Shown: in pieces, positions 1-7,897 of the stretch
Layout of the letters: each line of letters opens with the position of its first letter
Numbering within the stretch: position 1 is the stretch's first letter
IMG/VR virus record: IMGVR_UViG_3300044676_003227
Location: 1-35,156 of that record
Origin: a virus
Lineage: Duplodnaviria > Caudoviricetes
Length of the DNA: 35,156 nt
Reading direction: 5' to 3' (one strand)
Program-made: the position numbers and the translations under genes
The notes under the pieces: generated by a model
Told to the model about the DNA's origin: nothing
The model's database searches: none
The model's input: the letters and a program-made list of their open reading frames with translations, nothing else

Positions 1-662
1 GCCAAGATATTAGCACCGCAGGAAAGCAGGCAGGAATTGGAGAAGGAACACGCAGCGGCCTCTGGTCAGAGTGCGCCCGTCTGGTTGGGGAAATTCGACC
101 CAAGTACGCAATCTTTGAAAACGTCACAGCACTCATTAGTGGAGAGCAAGGGCGATGGTTTCAGCGAGTTTTGTTCGACCTTTCCTCGATCGGGTATGAT
201 GCGGAATGGCACTGTATACCAGCTTCCGAACTTGGCGCGAACCATCACAGAGATCGGGTCTGGATTGTGGCCTACCCCCAACACGATGGACACACTGCCA
301 GCGAGAAAGGGCGAGGCGCTAGAGAAAGTGCAGTCAAGGGACGGGAGAAAAAACAGGAAGGCATTAAGCAATTTGAGAGAGGCCATACACAACCCGTACT
401 ATCAGAAAATGTGGCCGACACCAACAGCCCACAACGCAAAAGAAACCGCAGCGCCTTCGGAATACTTGCGGAATACGCAGACTTTAGCGGCACAAGCTGG
501 TGGGAAACTGAATCCAGTGTGGGTAGAGTGGCTCATGGGGTTCCCAGCGGGGCACACAGACTTAAAGCCCTCGGAAACGCCGTAGTCCCTCAAATACCAG
601 AGATAATAGGCAGGGCAATAATGGAGTATGAAAATGCAACGCAAATCAACCAAAAAGACTAG
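1..662 (+). CDS. C5-cytosine DNA methyltransferase, catalytic (alpha-type) chain, 5'-truncated by the window edge
   Basis: Frame 3 is open from nt 3: (C)QDISTAGK (motif IV), RSGLW (V), IFENV (VI), GYDAEW (VII), HHRDRVWIV (VIII), LKALGNAVVP (X). The ORF track start at 171 is internal. Confidence 0.92.
   Translation, partial: QDISTAGKQAGIGEGTRSGLWSECARLVGEIRPKYAIFENVTALISGEQGRWFQRVLFDLSSIGYDAEWHCIPASELGANHHRDRVWIVAYPQHDGHTASEKGRGARESAVKGREKKQEGIKQFERGHTQPVLSENVADTNSPQRKRNRSAFGILAEYADFSGTSWWETESSVGRVAHGVPSGAHRLKALGNAVVPQIPEIIGRAIMEYENATQINQKD
37..585 (+). CDS. Overprinted methyltransferase partner (beta-type chain with TRD-like WPTP repeats and motif IX)
   Basis: Frame 1 is open from nt 1 to 585, entirely within the MTase gene. 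It has LWPTP and MWPTP repeats and LNPVWVEWLMGFP (motif IX-like). Start uncertain; ATGATG at 196 is a candidate. Confidence 0.75.
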   Translation: MEKEHAAASGQSAPVWLGKFDPSTQSLKTSQHSLVESKGDGFSEFCSTFPRSGMMRNGTVYQLPNLARTITEIGSGLWPTPNTMDTLPARKGEALEKVQSRDGRKNRKALSNLREAIHNPYYQKMWPTPTAHNAKETAAPSEYLRNTQTLAAQAGGKLNPVWVEWLMGFPAGHTDLKPSETP

Positions 663-981
663 AGGCGCTAACGCAGCAGAGAAAGCCTATCATGGATGGT
701 GCAAAGAGCAGCGTTGCGTATGCTGCACAGCAGAGCCAGTAGAGGCGCATCACTGCGATGGCGCGACCAGCAAGAAGAAAGTTGATTTAGTTACTGTGCT
801 AATAGGCCACTGGTTTGTCATACCATTATGCGGCTCATGCCACTGGCTATACCACAACAACAAGTCACAGTTTACGGCGGTTAATGGCAAGCAGCACAAG
901 CTATGGAGGCACGTTTTTGGCCGCTATGATGGCCGATGCCCAGATGATGTGCGCAAAGGCATAGAGGGGAGCAAGATATGA
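628..981 (+). CDS. Zn-binding HNH-like nuclease (Ref/DUF968-like)
   Basis: CVCC...AHHC...IPLCGSCH pattern; located next to rusA as in lambdoid nin regions. Confidence 0.65.
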   Translation: MKMQRKSTKKTRGANAAEKAYHGWCKEQRCVCCTAEPVEAHHCDGATSKKKVDLVTVLIGHWFVIPLCGSCHWLYHNNKSQFTAVNGKQHKLWRHVFGRYDGRCPDDVRKGIEGSKI

Positions 982-1018
982 TAGAGCGAAGGATAGAAAA
1001 TGTTGGGGGGATAATGAA

Positions 1019-1378
1019 ATGAGGGAATTAGATTTAGAGCTACCAGCACCACCAAGCGCAAACACCATGTTTCCAACTGGCAAGCATGGCAAGCGGTTTC
1101 TAAGCCCAAAGGGTAAGAAGTACCGTGAGGACGTATATGCGGCTGTCCTCGAGCAGTTAGGGGTGTTTAAGCCCATGACTAGCGATTTGGTTGTATCGGT
1201 CTGGTGGAACCCACCTGATAGGCGCAGGCGCGATATAGATAATATATGCAAGGGGTTGTTTGATGCATTGCAACACGCTAATGTATATATGGATGATAGC
1301 CAGATAGTAGATTTGCACATTAGAAAGCTGCCAGTATTGAAGGGCGGGAAAATAAGCATAGTGATATTGGAGGAATAG
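1019..1378 (+). CDS. rusA: RusA-family Holliday junction resolvase
   Basis: PPSAN, PPDRRRRDIDNICKGLFDAL and DDSQI motifs. Confidence 0.9.
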   Translation: MRELDLELPAPPSANTMFPTGKHGKRFLSPKGKKYREDVYAAVLEQLGVFKPMTSDLVVSVWWNPPDRRRRDIDNICKGLFDALQHANVYMDDSQIVDLHIRKLPVLKGGKISIVILEE

Positions 1379-1380
1379 CC

Positions 1381-1677
1381 ATGCAAATAAAAGACGGTGC
1401 GGTATTGGCGGGATTAGATATTCGTATGCGGCCAGCACTAAAAACGGCGGCGGCTATCTGGGAGGAGTTCGGTCAGGAATTGGTTATCACTTGTGGGCTT
1501 GATGGCACTCATTCTCCAGGATCGCTGCATTACTACGGGCTAGCCATTGATTGCAGGACAAATTACTTTGCTAAGGGTGTTGCTGAGAAAGTAGCGGAGA
1601 AGCTACGCAATAGGCTAGGCGTGTGCTTTGATGTGATATTGCATGGTACGCATATACATATAGAATATGAAGGATAA
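1381..1677 (+). CDS. Small M15-type Zn peptidase (endolysin candidate), copy 1
   Basis: SLHYYGLAID (H-x6-D) and HIHIE Zn-ligand motifs; GGAGG RBS; about 88% aa identity to 32598-32897. Confidence 0.8.
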   Translation: MQIKDGAVLAGLDIRMRPALKTAAAIWEEFGQELVITCGLDGTHSPGSLHYYGLAIDCRTNYFAKGVAEKVAEKLRNRLGVCFDVILHGTHIHIEYEG

Positions 1678-1723
1678 ATAGCAATGGAATTAACGCTAGA
1701 GAGAATTACTGATGCGCTGATTT

Positions 1724-1755
1724 AGAGAAGCGAGCAATTAAGGAGAATAGATATG
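1724..1755 (+). repeat. 32-bp leader repeat, copy A (contains RBS and ATG)
   Basis: agagaagcgagcaattaaggagaatagatatg; 31/32 identical to 1931-1962. Confidence 0.95.
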
Positions 1756-1923
1756 GGCGCAGAAGAATTATTAGCTGGATGGAGATTAACACAGCACGAA
1801 GATGGACGAATTGTTGTACAGCATGAGGATGGCAGCGGGGTTTGTGTTCGTGATGATCAGGAAGAAAGCATTGCCGGGGTTATTTTACATAGGCTTGCTA
1901 GTGACCTAATCCAAAGAACATAA
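1753..1923 (+). CDS. Hypothetical 56-aa protein (not in ORF track)
   Basis: MGAEELLAGWRL...DLIQRT*; AAGGAG RBS inside repeat A; fills almost the whole gap between repeats A and B. Confidence 0.75.
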   Translation: MGAEELLAGWRLTQHEDGRIVVQHEDGSGVCVRDDQEESIAGVILHRLASDLIQRT

Positions 1924-1930
1924 CCGCATA

Positions 1931-1962
1931 AGAGAAGCGAGCAATTAAGGAGAGTAGATATG
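1931..1962 (+). repeat. 32-bp leader repeat, copy B
   Basis: agagaagcgagcaattaaggagagtagatatg; a degenerate third copy aggagcagtagatatg lies at 2144-2159. Confidence 0.95.
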
Positions 1963-2145
1963 TACATTAAGGAACAAAGCCCAGAGTGCCATGTGTGCTG
2001 TAGCACACGCAGCGAAACATTCCAGCAAGGCACTGTATATGGCAGGCGTTGTTTAGATTGTGGTCACGAAAACAAACATGATACTGCCCCTAAAGAATCA
2101 AGCGGCGCTATTTTTGCACCTAACAAAACAAAGCCATCATTTTAG
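1960..2145 (+). CDS. Small Zn-ribbon protein
   Basis: CHVC...CLDCGH; strong RBS within repeat B. Confidence 0.75.
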   Translation: MYIKEQSPECHVCCSTRSETFQQGTVYGRRCLDCGHENKHDTAPKESSGAIFAPNKTKPSF

Positions 2146-2187
2146 GAGCAGTAGATATGAGTAAAGGTATGCAGCTATAAAATAGGG

Positions 2188-2196
2188 TGGTACAAT
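2188..2196 (+). promoter_or_regulatory. Candidate extended -10 promoter for the lipoprotein gene
   Basis: TGGTACAAT (TGn-TAcAAT), about 20 nt upstream of ATG 2217. Confidence 0.45.
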
Positions 2197-2216
2197 ATCG
2201 TCTTTACGAGGGTGAT

Positions 2217-2438
2217 ATGAAGAAAACAATACTAACAGTAATAGCTTTAGCTGCCCTGTCTGGCTGTGCAAGTCAAGACCAGAAAGCGCGTAGCCTGTTA
2301 GATCGCCTGGAGTTCGGAGAAGATGAGATAGGCTGCTTTAGGCTTAACGGTTCAATAGACCTTAACCCTATGCCTGTCTTTACAAGCAATGTAAATTTAA
2401 GTCTGGTCAAGAAGAAAGGGGAAGCACCAGACTGTTAG
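2217..2438 (+). CDS. Small lipoprotein
   Basis: MKKTILTVIALAALSGC is a signal peptidase II signal with lipobox LSGC; GAGGGTGA RBS. Confidence 0.85.
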   Translation: MKKTILTVIALAALSGCASQDQKARSLLDRLEFGEDEIGCFRLNGSIDLNPMPVFTSNVNLSLVKKKGEAPDC

Positions 2439-2442
2439 AGTT

Positions 2443-2511
2443 TTGCGGTGGCAAGATTAGGCGGCATTCCCCCTCCCCTTCTCAGCCCCTTTTCTTGTCA
2501 TCGCAATTTTT
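2443..2511 (+). terminator. 14-bp stem with large pyrimidine-rich loop and T-tract (terminator or regulatory RNA)
   Basis: ttgcggtggcaaga (2443-2456) pairs with tcttgtcatcgcaa (2493-2506) with two G-U pairs; followed by TTTTT. Confidence 0.55.
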
Positions 2512-2523
2512 ATTGGGGGATTC

Positions 2524-2658
2524 ATGGCATTTTTAGATAACTTACTGATTTTTATACTCATTATGGCTATTATTGGCCTGCCTATTGGTCTTTTTGTGTT
2601 CGCCACCCATGATAAATGGCAAGAGTGGCGCGATGAATGGGAGAAGAATAGTGAGTAA
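2524..2658 (+). CDS. 44-aa single-pass membrane peptide (not in ORF track)
   Basis: MAFLDNLLIFILIMAIIGLPIGLFVFATHDKWQEWRDEWEKNSE*; GGGGGA RBS; stop overlaps the next gene's start region. Confidence 0.7.
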   Translation: MAFLDNLLIFILIMAIIGLPIGLFVFATHDKWQEWRDEWEKNSE

Positions 2659-3232
2659 GCTAATTACAGTCCACGGAATAAGGACAGATGGCCGCGAAAG
2701 TGTTGATTTGCTTGGTGATAACTTGTCACATCGAGGCTTTGACGTTTTTGATTACGACTATAAAAACGTAAATCTAGGCCATGTTATATTTAATATACGC
2801 GCTGGCTCAAAGAGAAACCTACAATATAATAGAGCAAAAGACCTCGCAGAGCTGGCAAAGATACATAGAAAGCCAGATATAGTGGCGCATAGCTTCGGAT
2901 GCTTGGTGACACTAAGGGCTATGGAGATGAATAGCGAGTTTGGCAGGGTATTTTGGTACAGGCCAGCAATGGATAAAGACTTTGTTATACCTTCCTGGGG
3001 ATGCGATCAACTTCATATTATATACAACCCGAATGATAGGGCGGTTATGGCTGGCTCTCTCTTAACATCTCATGACTTTGGAAAAATGGGTCTGCAAGGC
3101 TCAATTTATGCGCCACCAGACGGCCTAGATCACAGAATTAGAAACTATCGGTCGCAGTTTAATGGGCATAGCGGCGATTTTAAAGAGGGTTTGGGCTATA
3201 CGGCTGACTTTATAGCTGAGAGGCTGCGATGA
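2651..3232 (+). CDS. Alpha/beta hydrolase (lipase/esterase-like)
   Basis: VHGI oxyanion motif, IVAHSFG nucleophile elbow, distal D and GHS; GTG start at 2651 preferred. Confidence 0.8.
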   Translation: MSKLITVHGIRTDGRESVDLLGDNLSHRGFDVFDYDYKNVNLGHVIFNIRAGSKRNLQYNRAKDLAELAKIHRKPDIVAHSFGCLVTLRAMEMNSEFGRVFWYRPAMDKDFVIPSWGCDQLHIIYNPNDRAVMAGSLLTSHDFGKMGLQGSIYAPPDGLDHRIRNYRSQFNGHSGDFKEGLGYTADFIAERLR

Positions 3233-3564
3233 GCAAAGAGCTATACCTGCAACTAATGGCAGCATTTGATAAGATGAAGGCAGAGCAAGAGGATAAAGGC
3301 TTTGTAGAGTGGTGGAGCAATCAGCGCCTTATTAACGGGTATCTGAGAGGTGAGGCACTAATAACAGCAGAGCACTTTGCTTCTAGGGCATGGGGCAACA
3401 GGCAAAAGCGCATTAATGAGCTAGAACTAATGATAGCTGAGAGAGATGAGCAAATCGCAAGGCTTGATGGTAGGCACATCACTGACCACCAAATAGGGGC
3501 TGCAATCCTATCTAAGCGGCCAAAGCTTATAGCAAGGGTTAGGGCATTACTAGAAAGTAAATAG
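3229..3564 (+). CDS. Hypothetical protein with coiled-coil segment
   Basis: ATGA overlap with the upstream gene; 111 aa. Confidence 0.7.
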   Translation: MSKELYLQLMAAFDKMKAEQEDKGFVEWWSNQRLINGYLRGEALITAEHFASRAWGNRQKRINELELMIAERDEQIARLDGRHITDHQIGAAILSKRPKLIARVRALLESK

Positions 3565-3570
3565 ATAAGT

Positions 3571-3579
3571 TGTTATAAT
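3571..3579 (+). promoter_or_regulatory. Extended -10 promoter upstream of the terminase genes
   Basis: TGTTATAAT, a perfect TGn-TATAAT, in the intergenic gap before terS. Confidence 0.6.
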
Positions 3580-3611
3580 CGTTCAAGTTTTAATCACATT
3601 AGAGAGTGATA

Positions 3612-3998
3612 ATGGCAATTCCCCGTAATAAGCAGAAGCGAGCAGTAGGCAGACCTAAGAAGTGGGAAAGTGCTGAAGCTATGCAAGAAGCTATAGATAA
3701 ATACTTCGATGATTGTAGAGAACAAGAGCGCCCCGTAACGGTTACAGGGTTAGCGTATACTCTTGACCTTAGCAGGCAAGGCTTGATTAACTACGAAAAC
3801 GAACAAGATTTTTTTGACACTGTAAGGCGAGCCAAGCTAAGAGTAGAGCAAGCCATTGATGAATACCTCCAAATCGGTAACGCTCAAGGTGCTAAGTTCA
3901 GTCTGATTAACAACTATGACTGGAAAGAAAAGAACGAGACTGCTGTCACTGGCGATAACATCAACATTAGCATGAACTTTGGGGGAAAGGGTGAATAG
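3612..3998 (+). CDS. terS: Terminase small subunit (P22 gp3-like)
   Basis: GRPKKW...YFDDC...PVTVTGLAYTL...LINYE pattern; upstream of TerL. Confidence 0.85.
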   Translation: MAIPRNKQKRAVGRPKKWESAEAMQEAIDKYFDDCREQERPVTVTGLAYTLDLSRQGLINYENEQDFFDTVRRAKLRVEQAIDEYLQIGNAQGAKFSLINNYDWKEKNETAVTGDNINISMNFGGKGE

Positions 3999-4113
3999 CG
4001 AGGAGTTCTGGTATGCAACCTTCCTAGCTGCAATCATAAGCGGCAAGAGCGTAGGCGATGCCACCACTATGGCTGATGACGCTACAAGGATAAACCGCAC
4101 CTTTGCAGATTAA
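3991..4113 (+). CDS. 40-aa ORF between terS and terL (not in ORF track)
   Basis: GTG start, MNSEEFWYATFLAAIISGK...RTFAD*; overlaps the terS stop and the terL start. Confidence 0.5.
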   Translation: MNSEEFWYATFLAAIISGKSVGDATTMADDATRINRTFAD

Positions 4114-5719
4114 CTATGTCGCAGAGCCTACAGCGGCTAAGTTCCATGCCTCTAATGCGATTGTGCGCGGCTTTATGGGGCCAGTTGGTAATGGTAAGTC
4201 AGTAGCCTGTATCACAGAGGGCTTTCGATTAAGCGCAGATCAATGGCCTAACTCAGAAGGTATCCGCAAGTCTCGCGGCATCATTGTTCGTAACACCAAC
4301 CCAGAACTAAGAACAACAACCCTAAAGACCTTTCAGCAATGGATTCCTGACAAGATATGCCATGTTGCACTGAATCCTATCATTCAGGGTACGCTAAAGC
4401 AGAAGCTACTAGACAATACATCAATGGAGATGGAAATTATATTCTTATCTATTGACAGGGAGGAAGATGTTAAGAAGCTGTTATCTCTGGAGTGTAGCTG
4501 GATATTCTTGAATGAGGCTAGGGAGTTACCCTATGCTGTAGTAAAGGCAGCCAGAGAGCGTATAGGGCGCTATCCATCAAGTGTTGATGGCTATGAGGAC
4601 GTATACAATGGTAAGGGCGAGCTTGTCTATGACGCGCCTAAAGAGCGCAATGCTGACGGTACGCCCAAGCTGGTAGATGGCGAGATACAGTACACACCAT
4701 GTAAACGCAAAGCTTTACTTATGGACACTAACCCGCCAGATACAGATCACTGGTGGTATCAGCTTGCAGAGGATGGACATCTCAAGAAAGCCAAGAACAT
4801 AGAACACGCCAAGGCCGAGACTCGCAGAGTATTTGAGTTCTTCAGAGGGCCAGCCCCATTGATTGATGATGGTGAAGGTAAGTACAGCCCTAATCCTCAA
4901 GCCGAGAACATTAAGCACTTGCCTGGAGGCTATCAGTATTACCTCGATATGATAGCGGGTAACACTGAAGATCACGTTAATGTAATGGTAATGGGTAACT
5001 ATGGCGCTATTATGTCTGGCAAGCCTGTCTACCCACAGTATAACGACAGGCTGCATTGCCCAGAGAAGCCAGTAGGCGCTATTCGTGGCATACCCATCTG
5101 CTTAGGTTGGGACTTTGGGCTAACGCCAGCTTGTGTCATTGGGCAGCTAACAGATACAGGGCAATGCCGCGTTGTATGGGAGCTGGTGGCCGATGATATG
5201 GATGTTAAGCAGTTTGCTAGGGATGTTGTTAAGCCATTCTTGCAGCGCCACTTCAAGGATTGGGAGATAGGTTTTAGCTATGGCGACCCATCCGGTAACA
5301 ACAGGGGAGAGGGCGAGGGCAAGTCATCTATAGGTATTCTCAATGATGAGTATGTTATGGATGGTGACGAGCCATTAGACATGGGCTTCATTACAGAGCC
5401 AGCACCAACTAACGACATAACGCGCAGAATTAGTGCTGTGTCAAGCTTTATGATAAAATTATGCGCAGGTGAGCCAGGATACCTACTCAACCGCGACTGT
5501 GAAACTCTCAGAAAGGGTAAGCTAGGCGGTTATGCTTACAAGAGAGTACAGGTGGCTGGCGATGAACGATTCCGAGATAAGCCTGATAAGAATTGGGCCT
5601 CTCATCCAGCAGACGCAGAGCAATACTTGTGCCTTGGCTTCCAGGGCGGCTTTGTTACTGACCAAACAGATGAAGATGAATACGAAGCCCCGCGCACTGC
5701 TGGGGTAATGGGCTATTAA
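4103..5719 (+). CDS. terL: Terminase large subunit
   Basis: Walker A GPVGNGKS, Walker B WIFLNEA, coupling motif MDTNP, nuclease GWDFG...GDPSG...SHPADA. Confidence 0.95.
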   Translation: MQINYVAEPTAAKFHASNAIVRGFMGPVGNGKSVACITEGFRLSADQWPNSEGIRKSRGIIVRNTNPELRTTTLKTFQQWIPDKICHVALNPIIQGTLKQKLLDNTSMEMEIIFLSIDREEDVKKLLSLECSWIFLNEARELPYAVVKAARERIGRYPSSVDGYEDVYNGKGELVYDAPKERNADGTPKLVDGEIQYTPCKRKALLMDTNPPDTDHWWYQLAEDGHLKKAKNIEHAKAETRRVFEFFRGPAPLIDDGEGKYSPNPQAENIKHLPGGYQYYLDMIAGNTEDHVNVMVMGNYGAIMSGKPVYPQYNDRLHCPEKPVGAIRGIPICLGWDFGLTPACVIGQLTDTGQCRVVWELVADDMDVKQFARDVVKPFLQRHFKDWEIGFSYGDPSGNNRGEGEGKSSIGILNDEYVMDGDEPLDMGFITEPAPTNDITRRISAVSSFMIKLCAGEPGYLLNRDCETLRKGKLGGYAYKRVQVAGDERFRDKPDKNWASHPADAEQYLCLGFQGGFVTDQTDEDEYEAPRTAGVMGY

Positions 5720-7897
5720 ATGAAAGTAGAACGCACACTAAAAGAACTGATTGAATTCATAGACTTAGACAACATTGCCGAGGTTCTTAGTGATGATGAG
5801 CTGTCTATGATTGGGCAGCAAGTCTGTAGCGATTACAATGCGGCTGTTGATTCAATGTCTGATTGGACTGAGTTGACTCGAAAGGGGCTTGAGATTGTTG
5901 AGCCTGCATTACATGGGCGGTCTGACCCTTGGGAAGGCGCGAGTAACTTTAAGTCCCCAGCCTTGCAGAATGCGGCTTATCGCTTTGGTGAGCGGGCATC
6001 TGGTGAGCTGTTGCGCCCCGCTGAGTTGGTTAAGTCTGAAGTCATTGGTAATCCTAGCCCTGAAAAGATAGCGCGCGGCGAGCGTGTATCGCAATACATG
6101 AGCTATCAGGTAAACCATGAGATGCCTGAATGGAGGTCAGAGCAGCGCAAGTTGTTGTATCGCCTACCAAATATGGGAACGATGTTTAAAAAGACATTCT
6201 TTGACCCTCGGCGTGGTCGCTTGGTTACTGACTTAATACAATACCCTGACTTCGCTGTTAGCCAGAACACGCAATCTATGGAGGAGATACGAGACTTTAC
6301 TCATGTACTGAGCATCAAGGCCAATGAAGTTGAGTCTATGAAGCGAGCAGACTTGTGGTGTGATTGCGACTACTCCCTGTCCGATTCAGACGATAGCGAG
6401 CAAGTCTCAGACAAGAGCCAGTCACACGACACTGATAACTGTTTCCTTGAGCAGTATTGCTACTATGATCTTGACGGTGACGGATACGAGGAGCCATACA
6501 TTGTCACGGTTCACAAGGCATCACAAAAGGTAGCGCGGGTAGTTGCTCGATTTACCTTGCAGGATATTATCGTTGAAAGCCCTGATATGGAAGGCAGGAC
6601 GACTACTGTAGATACACTGTATGCCCCTGTTGAAGATGAGTTTGGCCCTGTTGAAGATGAAGATGGAGAACAGGTAATAGGATTCCAAGGCGGCGAGCCT
6701 GAAATAATCAAGATTAACGCTGACCTCAACCTAACGATGTATCAGTTCTTACCCTCGGCAGATGGCACATTCTTAGGTGTTGGCTACTTCTACCTTATGT
6801 CGGCCTTGGTTAATGCTATCAACACTGGCTACAACTTGCTCTATGATGCTGGCACACTGGCTAACCTACAAGGTGGGTGGCTGGCTAAAGGGCTTCGCAA
6901 GAAGATGGGCAACGATAAGTTTAAGCCTGGAGAGTGGAAGCAAACCAACGTAAACACAGCAGACCTACAGCAAGGCGTATTACCTCACCAATTCAAAGAG
7001 CCAAGCTCCACACTGTTACAGCTAGTCAGTGACATAGGCGCTAATCTTAAAGAGATTTCTGCTAGTGCTGACATTGCTGAGATAGTTGGCGGTAATACGG
7101 CTGCTACTACCGTCTTAATGATGATTGAGGAAACCCAGAGCGCCACTACCTCACTGATGGCAGAGCAAGCCCGCTCAATGGGTGATGAATTTCAGGTAAT
7201 GTACAAGCTCAACTCATTGTACGCTGACCCTGCTGACTATATGCGCGTCCTCGATCAACAGGCAGACTTCGAGGCAGACTTTAAGCAAGATGATTTAGAC
7301 CTTGTACCTACTGCTGACCCAAGTATGTCTAGTAAGGCGCAAAGGATACAGCAAGGCCAGATACTCATGGATCAGTTCGACAGGATTCAGGGTATAGGCG
7401 GCGACCCTCGCGCCGTAATGGTTCGATTCCTTGAGTCTATCGGCATTACCGACATACAAGATATATTGCCAGAGCCAACGCAAGAATTTATGCAGGCGCA
7501 AGCACAAGCGCAGCAAGCCACAGCGCAGACACAAGCAGCACAAGAGCGATTCTTTAACGCTCAGGCTGATGCCCTTGATGCCACCACGCAGAAAACTATG
7601 ATTGATGCTCAGGTCAAGATTCAGAAGCTACCAGAAGAACTAGCCAAGATGGAGGCTGAGATTATCAAGCTGCTAGAGCAAGCTGAGTCTGAGGAGCTGA
7701 AGAACGCGCTTAGTGTTTATACAGCACAGTTTGGCGCTATTCGACAGATAACAGACACGCTAGGAGAGCCTAGTCCAATGCAGCCAGCACAACAACCACC
7801 TTCAATGGCGGGCGCTCAAGGCGTTAATACTGTAGACCCTGCTGAGTTTGCTAACCTGACTGATGCTGAGTTGATGGAAATAGCGCGTAATGGCTGA
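5720..7897 (+). CDS. Portal protein
   Basis: 725 aa directly after TerL; PWEGASN and DLDGDGYEEPYIVTV motifs; coiled-coil C-terminus. Confidence 0.9.
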   Translation: MKVERTLKELIEFIDLDNIAEVLSDDELSMIGQQVCSDYNAAVDSMSDWTELTRKGLEIVEPALHGRSDPWEGASNFKSPALQNAAYRFGERASGELLRPAELVKSEVIGNPSPEKIARGERVSQYMSYQVNHEMPEWRSEQRKLLYRLPNMGTMFKKTFFDPRRGRLVTDLIQYPDFAVSQNTQSMEEIRDFTHVLSIKANEVESMKRADLWCDCDYSLSDSDDSEQVSDKSQSHDTDNCFLEQYCYYDLDGDGYEEPYIVTVHKASQKVARVVARFTLQDIIVESPDMEGRTTTVDTLYAPVEDEFGPVEDEDGEQVIGFQGGEPEIIKINADLNLTMYQFLPSADGTFLGVGYFYLMSALVNAINTGYNLLYDAGTLANLQGGWLAKGLRKKMGNDKFKPGEWKQTNVNTADLQQGVLPHQFKEPSSTLLQLVSDIGANLKEISASADIAEIVGGNTAATTVLMMIEETQSATTSLMAEQARSMGDEFQVMYKLNSLYADPADYMRVLDQQADFEADFKQDDLDLVPTADPSMSSKAQRIQQGQILMDQFDRIQGIGGDPRAVMVRFLESIGITDIQDILPEPTQEFMQAQAQAQQATAQTQAAQERFFNAQADALDATTQKTMIDAQVKIQKLPEELAKMEAEIIKLLEQAESEELKNALSVYTAQFGAIRQITDTLGEPSPMQPAQQPPSMAGAQGVNTVDPAEFANLTDAELMEIARNG

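Noticed and set aside
1724-2159. Repeats as a CRISPR mini-array or integron attC sites (ACATAAC, ACCTAAC near ORF ends)
   Set aside because: Only two good copies, spacers of about 175 bp that are ORFs, no palindrome, no matching GTTRRRY at attC distance, and no cas gene or integrase.
4570-4715. Intein in TerL
   Set aside because: Far too short and lacks C-terminal HN and block motifs.
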